This document shows positions 17,664 to 28,334 of a stretch of 64,000 bases of DNA, piece after piece (the stretch's first letter is position 1; every line of letters starts with the position of its first letter). Source of the stretch: Thermoplasmata archaeon (GTDB lineage Archaea; Thermoplasmatota; Thermoplasmata; Thermoplasmatales; Thermoplasmataceae). Under the pieces are notes generated by a model, which searched no databases, was not told where the DNA came from, and worked only from the letters and a program-made list of their open reading frames with translations. Position numbers and translations under genes: made by a program. The DNA lies in NCBI GenBank assembly GCA_021810045.1, contig JAJZJR010000004.1, forward strand, positions 18,351-82,350, in the 5' to 3' direction.

Positions 17664-20600
17664 ATGGGAATAATAGTTAGAATATCCGGTCCAGTAGTGA
17701 TAGCAGAAGACGTTGAAAACGCCAAGATGTTTGACGTGGTCAGAGTTGGAGAACTGGGTCTAGTAGGAGAAATTATCAGGATTATTGGAAACAGGTCAAC
17801 AATCCAGGTTTATGAGGATACAAGTGGTATCAGGCCTGGAGAAAAGGTGGAAAACACAAACAGGCCACTCTCCGTGGATCTTGGTCCAGGACTGCTTACA
17901 TCAATTTATGATGGAATACAGAGGCCTCTGGACGTAATCAGGGCCAAATCAGGTGATTTCATTCAGAGAGGTTTCACAGCCTCCCCTCTCGACGAGGAAA
18001 AGGTATGGGAATTCAAGCCACTCGCCAAAAAGGGCGACGATGTGGTCACCGGCCAGATAATTGGAACAGTTCCTGAGACAGGAATCATTGAGCACAAGGT
18101 CATGGTTCCATATGGTGTTTCAGGAAAGATTGCAGATATCAAGGAAGGCAAATTCAAGGTATCAGATGTTATTGCAATAATTGACACAGGATCACAAAAG
18201 GTTGAAGTCAAGCTTAAGCAGGAATGGCCTGTGAGGATTCCAAGGAAAGTTCTCAGAAAGCTTCCTCCTGATATCCCACTTATTACGGGACAGAGAGTCA
18301 TCGATACATTCTTCCCTGTGGCCAAAGGTGGAACTGTTGCTGTACCAGGGCCCTTCGGATCTGGAAAATGTGTTACAGGCGACACGCCTGTTCTGCTCGG
18401 AGATGGTTCCATAAGAGAAATAAAGGATCTGTATGAAGAGGGCCTGAAAACCGGCTTACGCATGAAGCTGAAGGATGAAGAGTACCTGTCCCTTCAGAAG
18501 CCAATTGAATTGATGTCTTTCCACGAAGGGAAAATTCAGAAGAGCACTTCCTCCATGCTGTACAAAGGCAAGTCAGATACTGTTGTTAAGGTAAGGACAA
18601 GAACCGGAAGGGAGGCAAGAATAACCCCGGTACATAAACTATTCAAACTGTCAGAAGAGGGGGAAATAGTGGAAACAGAAGCCAGAGAACTTTCTCCCGG
18701 CGATTATATTGTTTCTGCCAAGGCCACTTCAGTGAAAGGCAGGAATAAGAAAATTGATATTTACGGACTTGGAAACCTCAGGGTACTGGATGAGGATATC
18801 CGGGAAGAGGTTGCAGAACTCCTGAAACTCTCTTACCAGAAAGGTATCCACATTGAGCTTCCTTCATCAGTTAAACACAGCTTATCAAGATCTGAGAAGA
18901 GGATGTCCCCAAGACTTTCCTGGGTGAAGGAAATCTATTCCAAAATGGGAAAAACTCCTCCCAATCCACGGAAGCTTGTTGGCGATCGTTCAAGTAACCC
19001 TGTATCAATACCAGAATCCGTTAGTGAAGAACTGGCTGAATTCCTTGGCTATTATATTTCTGAAGGTTACATAAGGGAAAAGGGAACAGTTGTCTTCACA
19101 AATGAAGATGAACAGCTGCTTGACAGATTTACTGTACTGGCAAAGACCCTATTTTCCCTGGACGGAATCAGGGAAATACAGAAAGGAAAAGTGCCAAATG
19201 TTCTCCTTCACAGCAGAGTGCTTGTCCAGTTCCTCGAGTACCTGGATACAGGAGAGAATGCATTCAGCAAAAAGATCCCTGAAATTATACTAAAATCCAG
19301 CGATTCTGTTGTGTCTTCACTCCTGACATCGTACTTCATCGGCGATGGATCATTTTCCAGGGAGAGCGTTGAATTCTCCACTGCAAGTAAATGGCTGTCA
19401 GTTCAGTTATCCTATGTACTTACAAGATTTGGCATAATAAACACAAGATCCGTAAAGAATGTCAATGAGAATGAGTACCACAGGATTTATGTTAGAGGCA
19501 AGACAAACGTTTCGAAGCTGAGCAGACTGATGAAGCCTGTACATTCTAAAATCCAGAAGATTTATTCATATTCTGAATCATCAGGATCCGCATATAATTC
19601 CATAGACATTGTTCCACTGTCGCCATCCTATGTAGGATCTCTATACAGGAGATATACAAGTTATTCTGAGTTGCTCGATGAGGGCATAGAGATATCCAAC
19701 TACATTGGAAACAGGGAAAATATGGGGATCGAAACATTCAGAAGATTCTCTGAGGTAATCAGCAAATCAGCAGGCTCTCAGATTCTTGAAGAACCAATAA
19801 GCCAGCTTTCCGAATCGCTAGATTACATATTTTTTGACAGGATCCTGTCAATTGAGGAAGAAGCGGGACCCTTTGATGTGTACGATGTCACAGTCCCAGA
19901 TTCAGGAATGAATTTTGTGGGTGGATATGGTGGAATAATTCTTCACAACACAGTGGTTCAACACCAATTGTCAAAATGGGCAGATAGTGATATTGTCGTT
20001 TACGTAGGATGTGGAGAAAGGGGGAATGAGATGACTGAAATTCTCACATCGTTCCCTGAGCTCACCGACCCTAAATCTGGCAAGCCTCTCATGGAACGCA
20101 CTGTCCTCATCGCAAACACATCCAACATGCCTGTGGCAGCAAGAGAAGCAAGTATCTACACAGGAATCACGATCGCGGAATATTACAGGGATATGGGATA
20201 TAACGTTGCCCTCATGGCCGACAGTACCTCAAGATGGGCAGAGGCACTGAGAGAAATTTCAGGAAGGCTTGAGGAAATGCCTGGCGAAGAAGGATATCCA
20301 GCATATCTTGGAAGAAGACTTTCGGAATTCTATGAAAGATCAGGAAATGCAATTGTGGTATCAAATGATGAGAGAAACGGTTCCATCACAATTGTAGGTG
20401 CAGTATCTCCTCCAGGAGGAGACACATCTGAGCCGGTTTCACAGAACACCCTTAGGGTTACAAGGGTATTCTGGGCACTTGATTCATCGCTTGCATCGAG
20501 AAGGCATTTCCCTTCAATCAACTGGCTGAACAGCTATTCACTTTATCAGGACGACCTCAGGAAATGGTTCGAGGAAAACGTGACCAGGGACTGGGGAGAA

Positions 20601-20999
20601 CTTTACGACGAAGCAATGGGCATACTCCAGAAGGAGGCTGAACTCCAGGAAGTGGTTCAGCTCGTTGGTTATGACGCATTGCCTGAGAGGGAGAAAAACA
20701 CCCTTGATATTGCAAGAATGATCAGGGAGGATTTCCTCCAGCAGAGTGCTTTCGACGAAGTAGACCAGTACTGCTCCATCGGAAAGCAGTACAGGATGCT
20801 CAACGCAATTATCACACTGGGAAGACAGCAGTCCGATGCACTTGACAAGGGACTTCAGATGGCCCAGATTCAGGGTATAGGCGTAAGGGCAAGAATATCC
20901 AGAATGAAAGAGGTCAAGGAAGAGGAATTCCAGGCTTATTATGACTCAGTGATGTCAGAAATGACAGAACAGATTGGAAAACTTCTGGAGGTGCAGTAA
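17664..20999 (+). CDS. atpA: A1Ao ATP synthase catalytic subunit A, intein-containing
   Basis: GPFGSGK|intein|TVVQHQ, GCGERGNE, NTSNMPVAAREAS and EEGYPAYL. Confidence 0.97.
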   Translation: MGIIVRISGPVVIAEDVENAKMFDVVRVGELGLVGEIIRIIGNRSTIQVYEDTSGIRPGEKVENTNRPLSVDLGPGLLTSIYDGIQRPLDVIRAKSGDFIQRGFTASPLDEEKVWEFKPLAKKGDDVVTGQIIGTVPETGIIEHKVMVPYGVSGKIADIKEGKFKVSDVIAIIDTGSQKVEVKLKQEWPVRIPRKVLRKLPPDIPLITGQRVIDTFFPVAKGGTVAVPGPFGSGKCVTGDTPVLLGDGSIREIKDLYEEGLKTGLRMKLKDEEYLSLQKPIELMSFHEGKIQKSTSSMLYKGKSDTVVKVRTRTGREARITPVHKLFKLSEEGEIVETEARELSPGDYIVSAKATSVKGRNKKIDIYGLGNLRVLDEDIREEVAELLKLSYQKGIHIELPSSVKHSLSRSEKRMSPRLSWVKEIYSKMGKTPPNPRKLVGDRSSNPVSIPESVSEELAEFLGYYISEGYIREKGTVVFTNEDEQLLDRFTVLAKTLFSLDGIREIQKGKVPNVLLHSRVLVQFLEYLDTGENAFSKKIPEIILKSSDSVVSSLLTSYFIGDGSFSRESVEFSTASKWLSVQLSYVLTRFGIINTRSVKNVNENEYHRIYVRGKTNVSKLSRLMKPVHSKIQKIYSYSESSGSAYNSIDIVPLSPSYVGSLYRRYTSYSELLDEGIEISNYIGNRENMGIETFRRFSEVISKSAGSQILEEPISQLSESLDYIFFDRILSIEEEAGPFDVYDVTVPDSGMNFVGGYGGIILHNTVVQHQLSKWADSDIVVYVGCGERGNEMTEILTSFPELTDPKSGKPLMERTVLIANTSNMPVAAREASIYTGITIAEYYRDMGYNVALMADSTSRWAEALREISGRLEEMPGEEGYPAYLGRRLSEFYERSGNAIVVSNDERNGSITIVGAVSPPGGDTSEPVSQNTLRVTRVFWALDSSLASRRHFPSINWLNSYSLYQDDLRKWFEENVTRDWGELYDEAMGILQKEAELQEVVQLVGYDALPEREKNTLDIARMIREDFLQQSAFDEVDQYCSIGKQYRMLNAIITLGRQQSDALDKGLQMAQIQGIGVRARISRMKEVKEEEFQAYYDSVMSEMTEQIGKLLEVQ
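18369..19949 (+). mobile_element. Intein (VMA1-b site), 527 aa, with LAGLIDADG homing endonuclease
   Basis: Starts CVTGDT after the P-loop Lys, has block B TPVHKL, LAGLIDADG-like LGYYISEG and LTSYFIGDG, and ends LHN followed by Thr. Confidence 0.95.
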
Positions 21000-22385
21000 A
21001 TGCCGCAGGTAAGTTATAAAACAGTTTCACAGATATCCGGGCCACTTGTTTTCGTTGAGAAAGTGGAAAACGCCGCCTACAATGAATTGGTTGAGATCAC
21101 CCTTGAGAACGGTGAGAAGAGAACAGGACAGGTTCTTGACACAGGGAGAGGACTTGCCGTAGTCCAGGTCTTTGGGCCCACATCAGGAATGGATGTCCAG
21201 GGAACAAAGGTAAAATTCCTTGGAAATACCGCCCGTGTATCAGTATCAGATGACATGCTCGGAAGAATATTCAATGGACTTGGGGAACCAATCGATGGCC
21301 TCTCGCCAATTGCCAGCAAGGAAAGGGTCGAGATTGTGGGAAACGCAATCAATCCATACTCCAGGGAAGAACCTTCTGAGTTTATAGAAACCGGAATTTC
21401 AACCATCGACGGAATGAACACACTTGTGAGGGGACAGAAACTTCCAATATTCTCAGGTTCCGGTCTTGCACACAACAGGCTTGCAGCACAGATTGCAAGG
21501 CAGGCCAAGGTTCTTGGAAGCGATGAGAAGTTCGCCGTTATATTCGGTGCAATGGGTATCACGAGCGAAGAAGCAAACTATTTCGTCAACGAGTTTACGA
21601 AGACCGGTGCAATTTCAAGATCTGTACTTTTCCTGAATCTTTCTTCAGATCCAAGCATGGAAAGGATCATTCTTCCTAAGGTTGCTCTCACGACAGCAGA
21701 ATACCTTGCCTATGAGAAGGAAATGCATATTCTTGTTATCCTTTCAGACATGACAAATTACTGCGAGGCCCTCAGGGAAATATCCTCTGCCAGGGAAGAA
21801 GTGCCCGGAAGAAGGGGTTTCCCAGGATACATGTACACAGATCTTTCAACAATTTATGAAAGGGCTGGAAAAATAAGGGGCAAGAACGGATCAATCACCC
21901 AGATTCCAATTCTTACAATGCCTGGTGACGATATTACAAACCCAATCCCTGATCTTACAGGATACATCACTGAAGGCCAGATTGTGCTTAGCAGGGATCT
22001 TCAGAGAAAAGGTGTTTACCCGCCGGTGGATGTACTTCCTTCTTTATCAAGACTGATGAACCAGGGTATCGGAAAAGGGAGAACAAGAGAGGATCACAGA
22101 GGTGTTGCAGACCAGCTTTACGCAGCCTATGCAAATGGTAAGGATCTCAGATCACTCAGTGCAATTGTAGGAGAAGAAGCCCTTGGTGCAAACGACAGAA
22201 CCTATCTCAAGTTCGCAGACGAATTCGAGAAGAGGTATGTGAACCAGGGGATTTATGAAGACAGATCAATTGAAGATACTCTCACAATCAGCTATGATCT
22301 AATGTCCATGCTCCCTGAAGGTGACATGAAGAGGCTGAAGACAGACTTCATATCCAAATACGGAAAGTGGAAGAAGGAGGAATAA
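21000..22385 (+). CDS. atpB: A1Ao ATP synthase subunit B
   Basis: [30 protein letters not shown] and [11 protein letters not shown]. Confidence 0.97.
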   Translation: MPQVSYKTVSQISGPLVFVEKVENAAYNELVEITLENGEKRTGQVLDTGRGLAVVQVFGPTSGMDVQGTKVKFLGNTARVSVSDDMLGRIFNGLGEPIDGLSPIASKERVEIVGNAINPYSREEPSEFIETGISTIDGMNTLVRGQKLPIFSGSGLAHNRLAAQIARQAKVLGSDEKFAVIFGAMGITSEEANYFVNEFTKTGAISRSVLFLNLSSDPSMERIILPKVALTTAEYLAYEKEMHILVILSDMTNYCEALREISSAREEVPGRRGFPGYMYTDLSTIYERAGKIRGKNGSITQIPILTMPGDDITNPIPDLTGYITEGQIVLSRDLQRKGVYPPVDVLPSLSRLMNQGIGKGRTREDHRGVADQLYAAYANGKDLRSLSAIVGEEALGANDRTYLKFADEFEKRYVNQGIYEDRSIEDTLTISYDLMSMLPEGDMKRLKTDFISKYGKWKKEE

Positions 22386-23029
22386 TGGCCCAGGCTGAAC
22401 TGAAACCCACAAGGATTGAACTCATCAGAACCAGGAGAAGAATCAAACTGGCCCAGCGCGGGCTGGACCTCCTGAAAATGAAGCGTTCATCCCTTGTAAT
22501 GGAGTTCTTCAACATAAGCAGGAGCGTCAAGGGACTCAGGGAAAACCTTAGAGCTGATATAGAGGAAGCACTGGAGACACTCAAGGCAGCTGAAATCATC
22601 TCAGGAACAATGAATCTTGAGAGGATAGCTTACATGTCTGCGGATTCTACTGTAGGAGTCAACCTGAAGAATGTCATGGGCGTCAGGATCCCCGAATTGA
22701 GCAGGAACTACAACCAGACCATTCTTTCAAACCAGTACAGGGCCATATCTGTGCCTACTGCTGTCAACGACGCAATAAAGAAATTCGAAAATATTTACAC
22801 TCAGATTGTGGAGATTGCGGAGAAAGAGAACGCAATGAGGAAGCTTCTCCACGAAATAGATAAAACAAAGAGGCGTTCCAACGCCATTGAAAATATACTG
22901 ATCCCTCAGCTGACATATTCGGCAAAGCTCATAAGAATGAGACTTGATGAAATTGAGAGGGACATGTTCACCACATTGAAGATGGTGAAGAGGAAGATTA
23001 ACAGGAAATCCCAGGAGGCAGTTGCCTGA
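22385..23029 (+). CDS. atpD: A1Ao ATP synthase subunit D
   Basis: KPTRIEL, GLDLLKMKR and KTKRRSNAIE; ATG overlaps the atpB stop. Confidence 0.95.
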   Translation: MAQAELKPTRIELIRTRRRIKLAQRGLDLLKMKRSSLVMEFFNISRSVKGLRENLRADIEEALETLKAAEIISGTMNLERIAYMSADSTVGVNLKNVMGVRIPELSRNYNQTILSNQYRAISVPTAVNDAIKKFENIYTQIVEIAEKENAMRKLLHEIDKTKRRSNAIENILIPQLTYSAKLIRMRLDEIERDMFTTLKMVKRKINRKSQEAVA

Positions 23030-23202
23030 TGAAGTACTGGAAACAGCACCTTAACCTGGACACAAACAGGCAAATTACCGTGGAGGAACTCATGAATAAC
23101 AGGAATCTCAGGAGGTTCAAGAAAATAAGGACCTTCTTCCTGGTCTTCAACCCCATGGTTGCAGTGGTGCTGCTCTCCATGTTCTTTACAGGGGTGATCT
23201 GA
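23029..23202 (+). CDS. 57-aa small protein with a C-terminal hydrophobic helix, inside the ATP synthase operon
   Basis: MKYWKQHLNLDTNRQITVEELMNNRNLRRFKKIRTFFLVFNPMVAVVLLSMFFTGVI. TGATG overlap with atpD, GGAGG RBS, and stop 1 nt before the next ATG. Confidence 0.7.
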   Translation: MKYWKQHLNLDTNRQITVEELMNNRNLRRFKKIRTFFLVFNPMVAVVLLSMFFTGVI

Positions 23203-23203
23203 A

Positions 23204-23527
23204 ATGGAAGATCTGGAAACACTTAAAATAATCAGGGAAAAGGAAGATTCTATCAACAAAGAAATAGCACTTCTCAAGTCAGAGAAGGAGAAGCAGCTTC
23301 AGGAAATGGAAACACAGTTTTCATTGATGCTGAAGGAGAATGAGGAGAACCTAAGGCTTCAGGCCACAAAGGAAGTTGCCGAAGTTTCAGAGAAGGCAAA
23401 ATCAAAGGCTGACAACATGGTTCTTGCAAGCAGGGAAAAGGCTGAAAACCTGAAAATGAAACTATCTGACAGGGATATTGAGAAGATCGCTTCTGATTTG
23501 TTAAAGGACTATCTCGAGGGTATATAA
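23204..23527 (+). CDS. atpH: A1Ao ATP synthase subunit H (peripheral stalk)
   Basis: Charged coiled coil (LKIIREKE) directly before atpI. Confidence 0.8.
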   Translation: MEDLETLKIIREKEDSINKEIALLKSEKEKQLQEMETQFSLMLKENEENLRLQATKEVAEVSEKAKSKADNMVLASREKAENLKMKLSDRDIEKIASDLLKDYLEGI

Positions 23528-25551
23528 TGGCACTGATGCCTGAGAAGATGCACAGAGTCAGGATAATCGGATCCAATCTGCGAAAGGATCACATCATCAC
23601 TGCACTGCATGATGCAGGTGTAATACAACTTGAAACCGTACCTGCAGATCTCACGAAAATTATGGGGCAGTCCAAACCGGGAGAACTTTACAGGAAGGTC
23701 AACAGATACCTTCAGATTTACAGGGGTTACGAAAACATACTTCCACCTGTCCCTGTAAAGACATCTAGGGAATTTGCAAGCATTGATGAGCTGCTTGATG
23801 AGGCCTCAAAGATTGATCTTGAGGAAGAGCTCAGGATCATAAAGGCAACGGAATCCGATCTGCTGTCTGAAATGAAGGAAATAAACAACCGTCTCGAAGC
23901 TGTGGCCTCTCTTGATGGTCTTAATTATGATCTTTCGATTTTTAACGGTTCAACTATTTCTTCATATATAGCAAAAGGGTTCGAAGATGAGGGTTCTGTT
24001 CCAATGATCAGGGAAAAACTTCCCGATGCAACGGTTTTCAGACTCCCGAACCAGGCTGTGATAATAACAATTCCGGCGAAGAAAGATGCAGAGCTGGCAC
24101 GTGTAGCCTCTGAACTCAAATTCTCAATTTCACACATCCCAGAAATGTCAGGCAAGCCAGAAGAATACAGTAAATCCATGAAGGACAGGCTTGCCCTCAA
24201 GACCAAGGACCTTGAGGAACTCCATAATGACCTGATGGATGTTTCCAAAGAGCACTACGAATCAATAGTACAGATAAGGGAGCAGCTTGAAATAGAAAAC
24301 AAGAAGCTTGAGGTCTCAGACAAACTGGCTTCAACACAGGATTCCTTTGCTCTCGAAGGCTGGATTCCCCAGAAACATTACGACTCTCTTGTATCGCTGG
24401 TAAACAAGGCAGCGGATAACAGTGTGATAATAAAAACAGTTGAAACCAAGGAGGATCCACCCACACTGCTTTCAAATTCAAAGAGGTTCAAGACATTCGA
24501 GTTTTTCATAAATTTCTATTCCCTGCCAAAGGAGTATGAATTCGATCCAACAATGATATTTGCCTTCATATTCCCATTCTTCTTTGGCTTAATGGTCGGA
24601 GACTGGGGATATGGTCTTGTAATTCTTGCTGCAGCGCTGTGGATGAAAAAGAAGCTCACCACACCTGGAGCAAAAACGATCATGCCTAAGGCCCTGACGA
24701 AGTTCGCATTAACCGTGTTTGGCCGAAATGCTCTACTTGTTCTTGCCAAGGCACTTGTTCCCGCATCACTTGTGGCTATTGTAGTTGGTCTGCTGTTTAA
24801 CGGCTTCTTTGGTTTCCCTCTCCTTCCAGTAACGGTGTTCGAGGTAAGCTCCTCATTCCACAACATAAGCATTTTTGGCTTCCCGCCCACACCTTCCGTC
24901 ACAATATTCCACTTACAACTGATGATTCCAAAACTGCTCCTGTTCACAGGTTATGTTGGCCTGGCCATGGTTACCTTTGGCCTTGTACTGGGACTGGTAA
25001 ACGAAACAAGGCTGAAACACAGGAAAGGTGCAGCATCAAAAATAGGATGGCTCCTCATGGCATGGGGACTTGCTCTTTTCGGTCTCAACCTCATTCACTC
25101 AAGTGGAAGCTTCTCACTTAGCTTTGCAACAAACCCGGAGGCACCCATATCACTCATAGCGTTTGTTGTGGGAATCGTCGTTGTTGCACTTTCAGAAGGG
25201 GCGATGGGTCTTATAGAAATACCGTCAATCATCAGTCACATCCTTTCATACACCAGGATTCTTGGTATACTGCTTTCTGCAGTGTACCTTTCCTATGTGA
25301 TTGACCTTATATTCCTGAAACTGGCCACCAAGGATCCATTAATGGCAGTTGTTGGAGCTATTGTACTCATACTGGGGCAATTATTCACCCTGGGTATAGC
25401 AATACTTGAACCGGGTATACAGGGAGCGAGACTTATCTATGTGGAATTTTTCTCAAAATTCTACTATGGAAACGGAAAAATATTCAGGCCATTCAGGACC
25501 ATAAGAAAATACACAACACCAAAGTTCAACCTGGAATCGGCAAGAAAGTAA
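23527..25551 (+). CDS. atpI: A1Ao ATP synthase subunit I (a)
   Basis: PEKM, FFFGLMVGDWGYG, ILSYTRI and RLIYVEFFSKFY. Confidence 0.95.
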   Translation: MALMPEKMHRVRIIGSNLRKDHIITALHDAGVIQLETVPADLTKIMGQSKPGELYRKVNRYLQIYRGYENILPPVPVKTSREFASIDELLDEASKIDLEEELRIIKATESDLLSEMKEINNRLEAVASLDGLNYDLSIFNGSTISSYIAKGFEDEGSVPMIREKLPDATVFRLPNQAVIITIPAKKDAELARVASELKFSISHIPEMSGKPEEYSKSMKDRLALKTKDLEELHNDLMDVSKEHYESIVQIREQLEIENKKLEVSDKLASTQDSFALEGWIPQKHYDSLVSLVNKAADNSVIIKTVETKEDPPTLLSNSKRFKTFEFFINFYSLPKEYEFDPTMIFAFIFPFFFGLMVGDWGYGLVILAAALWMKKKLTTPGAKTIMPKALTKFALTVFGRNALLVLAKALVPASLVAIVVGLLFNGFFGFPLLPVTVFEVSSSFHNISIFGFPPTPSVTIFHLQLMIPKLLLFTGYVGLAMVTFGLVLGLVNETRLKHRKGAASKIGWLLMAWGLALFGLNLIHSSGSFSLSFATNPEAPISLIAFVVGIVVVALSEGAMGLIEIPSIISHILSYTRILGILLSAVYLSYVIDLIFLKLATKDPLMAVVGAIVLILGQLFTLGIAILEPGIQGARLIYVEFFSKFYYGNGKIFRPFRTIRKYTTPKFNLESARK

Positions 25552-25555
25552 TCTT

Positions 25556-25804
25556 CTATCCGGGCGAACCCATTCTTTTTTCTTTTTTCAGCTTGACAAA
25601 CTTCCTCAGTGCAATTACTGTCCAGACAGCTTCTATAACACCAAAAGGCCATGTACCTGAGAGGAAGCCGTAGGTAGAGGAACCAATGCATGTAAGTCCG
25701 AAGAGCAGGGTGTATGTGCGTGACTTGGGTTCAAGAGCATAAAAAACCATCATAACGGCCAGATCAACTGCACCAAGTATATTCAGGGTAGAAAAGGCAT
25801 CCAT
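25556..25804 (-). CDS. Small membrane protein
   Basis: Three hydrophobic segments and a GTWPFGVIEAVW motif. Confidence 0.65.
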   Translation of the reverse strand: MDAFSTLNILGAVDLAVMMVFYALEPKSRTYTLLFGLTCIGSSTYGFLSGTWPFGVIEAVWTVIALRKFVKLKKEKRMGSPG

Positions 25805-25856
25805 AATCAGCAATTAAAAACAACTTTAAGAAAGCAGGGATTCCAGCCTGATCCAA

Positions 25857-26312
25857 TTGGAAGAAGAAAGGATAGAAAGCATATCCCGTGAGATAGCGGC
25901 AGGGATCACGCCCAAAAGGTTCCCTGATGATTTTCTGGATCAGAACCAGAAAGGTGAGATAACCAGAATTCCTGCTGGAACAGAAGTCAGTATGTACAGG
26001 GAACTGGAAGGGGTCTTTGTAATGATTGATGGGGAGAGACTCTTCTTCAACCAGCCCATATTTGCAAAATTCATATTCTACTGCGCAAAGTCAGGCATAA
26101 CAGAAGTGCACGTTCCGGAGGCAAAGGATGCCAAAAAAGCAATAAAAGGACTGGAACAGGAAATAAACGGAATCCTTTTCAGCATTGACCAGGAAATGGA
26201 AAAGTACAGGGTGCCTGAAATTAACAAGAGAGAAACACTCTTGAAAATCCTGGAAATCCTCAGGCTCTCATACTATGACGATATTGTGTCATCAGAAGAA
26301 GACTTGTGGTAG
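25857..26312 (+). CDS. Hypothetical protein
   Basis: 151-aa ORF with genome-like codon usage filling the gap. Confidence 0.65.
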   Translation: MEEERIESISREIAAGITPKRFPDDFLDQNQKGEITRIPAGTEVSMYRELEGVFVMIDGERLFFNQPIFAKFIFYCAKSGITEVHVPEAKDAKKAIKGLEQEINGILFSIDQEMEKYRVPEINKRETLLKILEILRLSYYDDIVSSEEDLW

Positions 26313-26395
26313 TCCCATGAATGGATGGCAGTGAGTTTTCCCCAAGGTAAATACATAAAAATACCAGTGATGGATGCATTCACATAAAAGGTGCA

Positions 26396-26989
26396 GTGGA
26401 AATGAAACATAGGCTTGTGGTGGCAATTACTGGCTCAACGGGTGCCATTTACGGATACAGGTTGCTTCTGGCTGCAAGCAAAATCAAGGATCTTGAAACA
26501 CACCTCATTTTCTCCAACGGGGCTGTGAAAACCATGAAGATCGAAACCGGTCTTGATCCTGAGGAAGTGGTGAAACTTGCAACATTTGCCCATGATGAAT
26601 ATGATTTCTCTGCAAACATTTCCAGTGGCTCTTTTGTTACCTCAGGAATGATAGTCGCACCCTGTTCAATGAAAACACTCTCCTCAATTGCAACAGGATA
26701 TGAACAGAATCTTGTGGCAAGGGCAGCAATGGTAACACTGAAGGAAAGAAGGCCCCTGATACTTATGGTAAGAGAAACTCCGCTGAACCTCATCCATCTT
26801 AGGAACATGGTTACGGTGACAGAGGCAGGGGGCATAATTATGCCACCACTTCCTCCATTCTACTTCAAGGTCAGGAACATCAATGAACTGGTGGATCTCA
26901 CAGTGGGAAGGGCTCTCAATATGATGGGTATCCAGAACAGCCTGATGAGGGAATGGGATTCTTCCGATGCAGGCACATCTCAGGACTGA
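26396..26989 (+). CDS. ubiX: Flavin prenyltransferase
   Basis: VAITGSTG, SSGS, APCSMKTL, LKERR, RETP and PPFY. Confidence 0.93.
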   Translation: MEMKHRLVVAITGSTGAIYGYRLLLAASKIKDLETHLIFSNGAVKTMKIETGLDPEEVVKLATFAHDEYDFSANISSGSFVTSGMIVAPCSMKTLSSIATGYEQNLVARAAMVTLKERRPLILMVRETPLNLIHLRNMVTVTEAGGIIMPPLPPFYFKVRNINELVDLTVGRALNMMGIQNSLMREWDSSDAGTSQD

Positions 26990-27453
26990 AGCTTCTCTAT
27001 ATGTTCCCGGATCCTCAGAAATGAATTCTGGTAAGCATCTTTCACTTTTTCCTCTTTGAACCTGAGATCGGATATGATTGGTGATTTTTCTGCATAATCC
27101 CTTGAAATATCAACAATTGAGGCGGAATAAAGGGCCTGTTCCTCATCTTCCCAGGAATTGACCCTCTTAACATTCAGTTCCAGATACAGTAGGGAAGGGA
27201 GATCCTGTATTATCAGGGTACATCTGCCTCTGCTCCTTAAAAGAACCTGTGATTCTGTTTTTCTGTATACGAGAAGGAAAAGCTTCTCGTGGTTGTGAGC
27301 CACAACCTGATAAGGAGAAAGCAGGGCAACATGTGGAAATTCAGAATGGTCGACGGTGAGCATGAATATGATTGAATTCTCCCTGTCTTCATTTGAAGAA
27401 AGCAGATTTTCCATGACAGATTCCGGGAGCTTTGTTCCCAATGATTCCGACAT
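26980..27453 (-). CDS. Pyridoxamine 5'-phosphate oxidase-like (split-barrel) protein
   Basis: MLTVDHSEFPHVALLS motif typical of the PNPOx-like family. Confidence 0.6.
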   Translation of the reverse strand: MSESLGTKLPESVMENLLSSNEDRENSIIFMLTVDHSEFPHVALLSPYQVVAHNHEKLFLLVYRKTESQVLLRSRGRCTLIIQDLPSLLYLELNVKRVNSWEDEEQALYSASIVDISRDYAEKSPIISDLRFKEEKVKDAYQNSFLRIREHIEKLQS

Positions 27454-27518
27454 GCCTTAGGATTTTAACTCCATTAAAATGTTTTATCAATAACATAAAA
27501 TTGGAATTTGTGAGGAGT

Positions 27519-28133
27519 TCATTCCTCAAATTCAACAGGAAGCTGCTCAGAAATCCATTGCTGCATACCTCCCATTACGGTGGCAGCGTTCAGTCCATTA
27601 TCTGCAAGAAACAGGGCTGCCACCTCGCTTCTGTTTCCATGGGCACAAATAACTGCGTACCTGTCACTCCTGTTAAATTCGTGAAGCCTGGAGGGGAGAT
27701 CATTCATTGGGACCTTAATGCTGTTTTTTATTGTTCCGGACATCCATTCGTAAGGTTCCCTGACATCGATAACAGTATACCTGTCAAATTCCCTGTAGAG
27801 ATCATCCGGGGTTATTTCGCCCACACTTGAAAGAAAACGCCCTTCTTCTTTCAATTTGGCAAGGCCATCAGAAATATATTCCTGTACCTCAAGCTCCACA
27901 TTTTTCAGTTCTTCAATGGCTTTTGAGGCGAATTCCTGGGTCTCGGCAACAAGTGCCAGGCCTATTTTCGTTCCGCTAAGCCATGACTTGATGGATCTGG
28001 CCCATCCATAGGGACTGAAAGGAGCATTTACTGATCCTGGTATGTGGGCTTTCATGAATTCATGGTTGTTTCTTGTGTCAATAACCACTATTTCCTGATT
28101 TTGAATTTTTTCCATTAATGATTCGTAATCCAT
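27519..28133 (-). CDS. Tandem rhodanese-domain protein
   Basis: IDTR..EF..AHIPGS and IDVREPYEW; active-site CAHGNRS in the second domain. Confidence 0.88.
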   Translation of the reverse strand: MDYESLMEKIQNQEIVVIDTRNNHEFMKAHIPGSVNAPFSPYGWARSIKSWLSGTKIGLALVAETQEFASKAIEELKNVELEVQEYISDGLAKLKEEGRFLSSVGEITPDDLYREFDRYTVIDVREPYEWMSGTIKNSIKVPMNDLPSRLHEFNRSDRYAVICAHGNRSEVAALFLADNGLNAATVMGGMQQWISEQLPVEFEE

Positions 28134-28334
28134 AGTTATAACACATAGCGAATTTATTTCCTCCTAATAACCTTAACATCCTAGGAAATTACCGGCGGTA
28201 AGTATTCCTGCAAACAGGTTTACCTGAGTTGTTTCTGGCATAAGATTCTAAAAAAATGCCATATATATTCCATAACGGCGAAAGAATTTACGATAGTTAA
28301 AATTATATGCGACTATAATCTCTTCTATCGGCAA

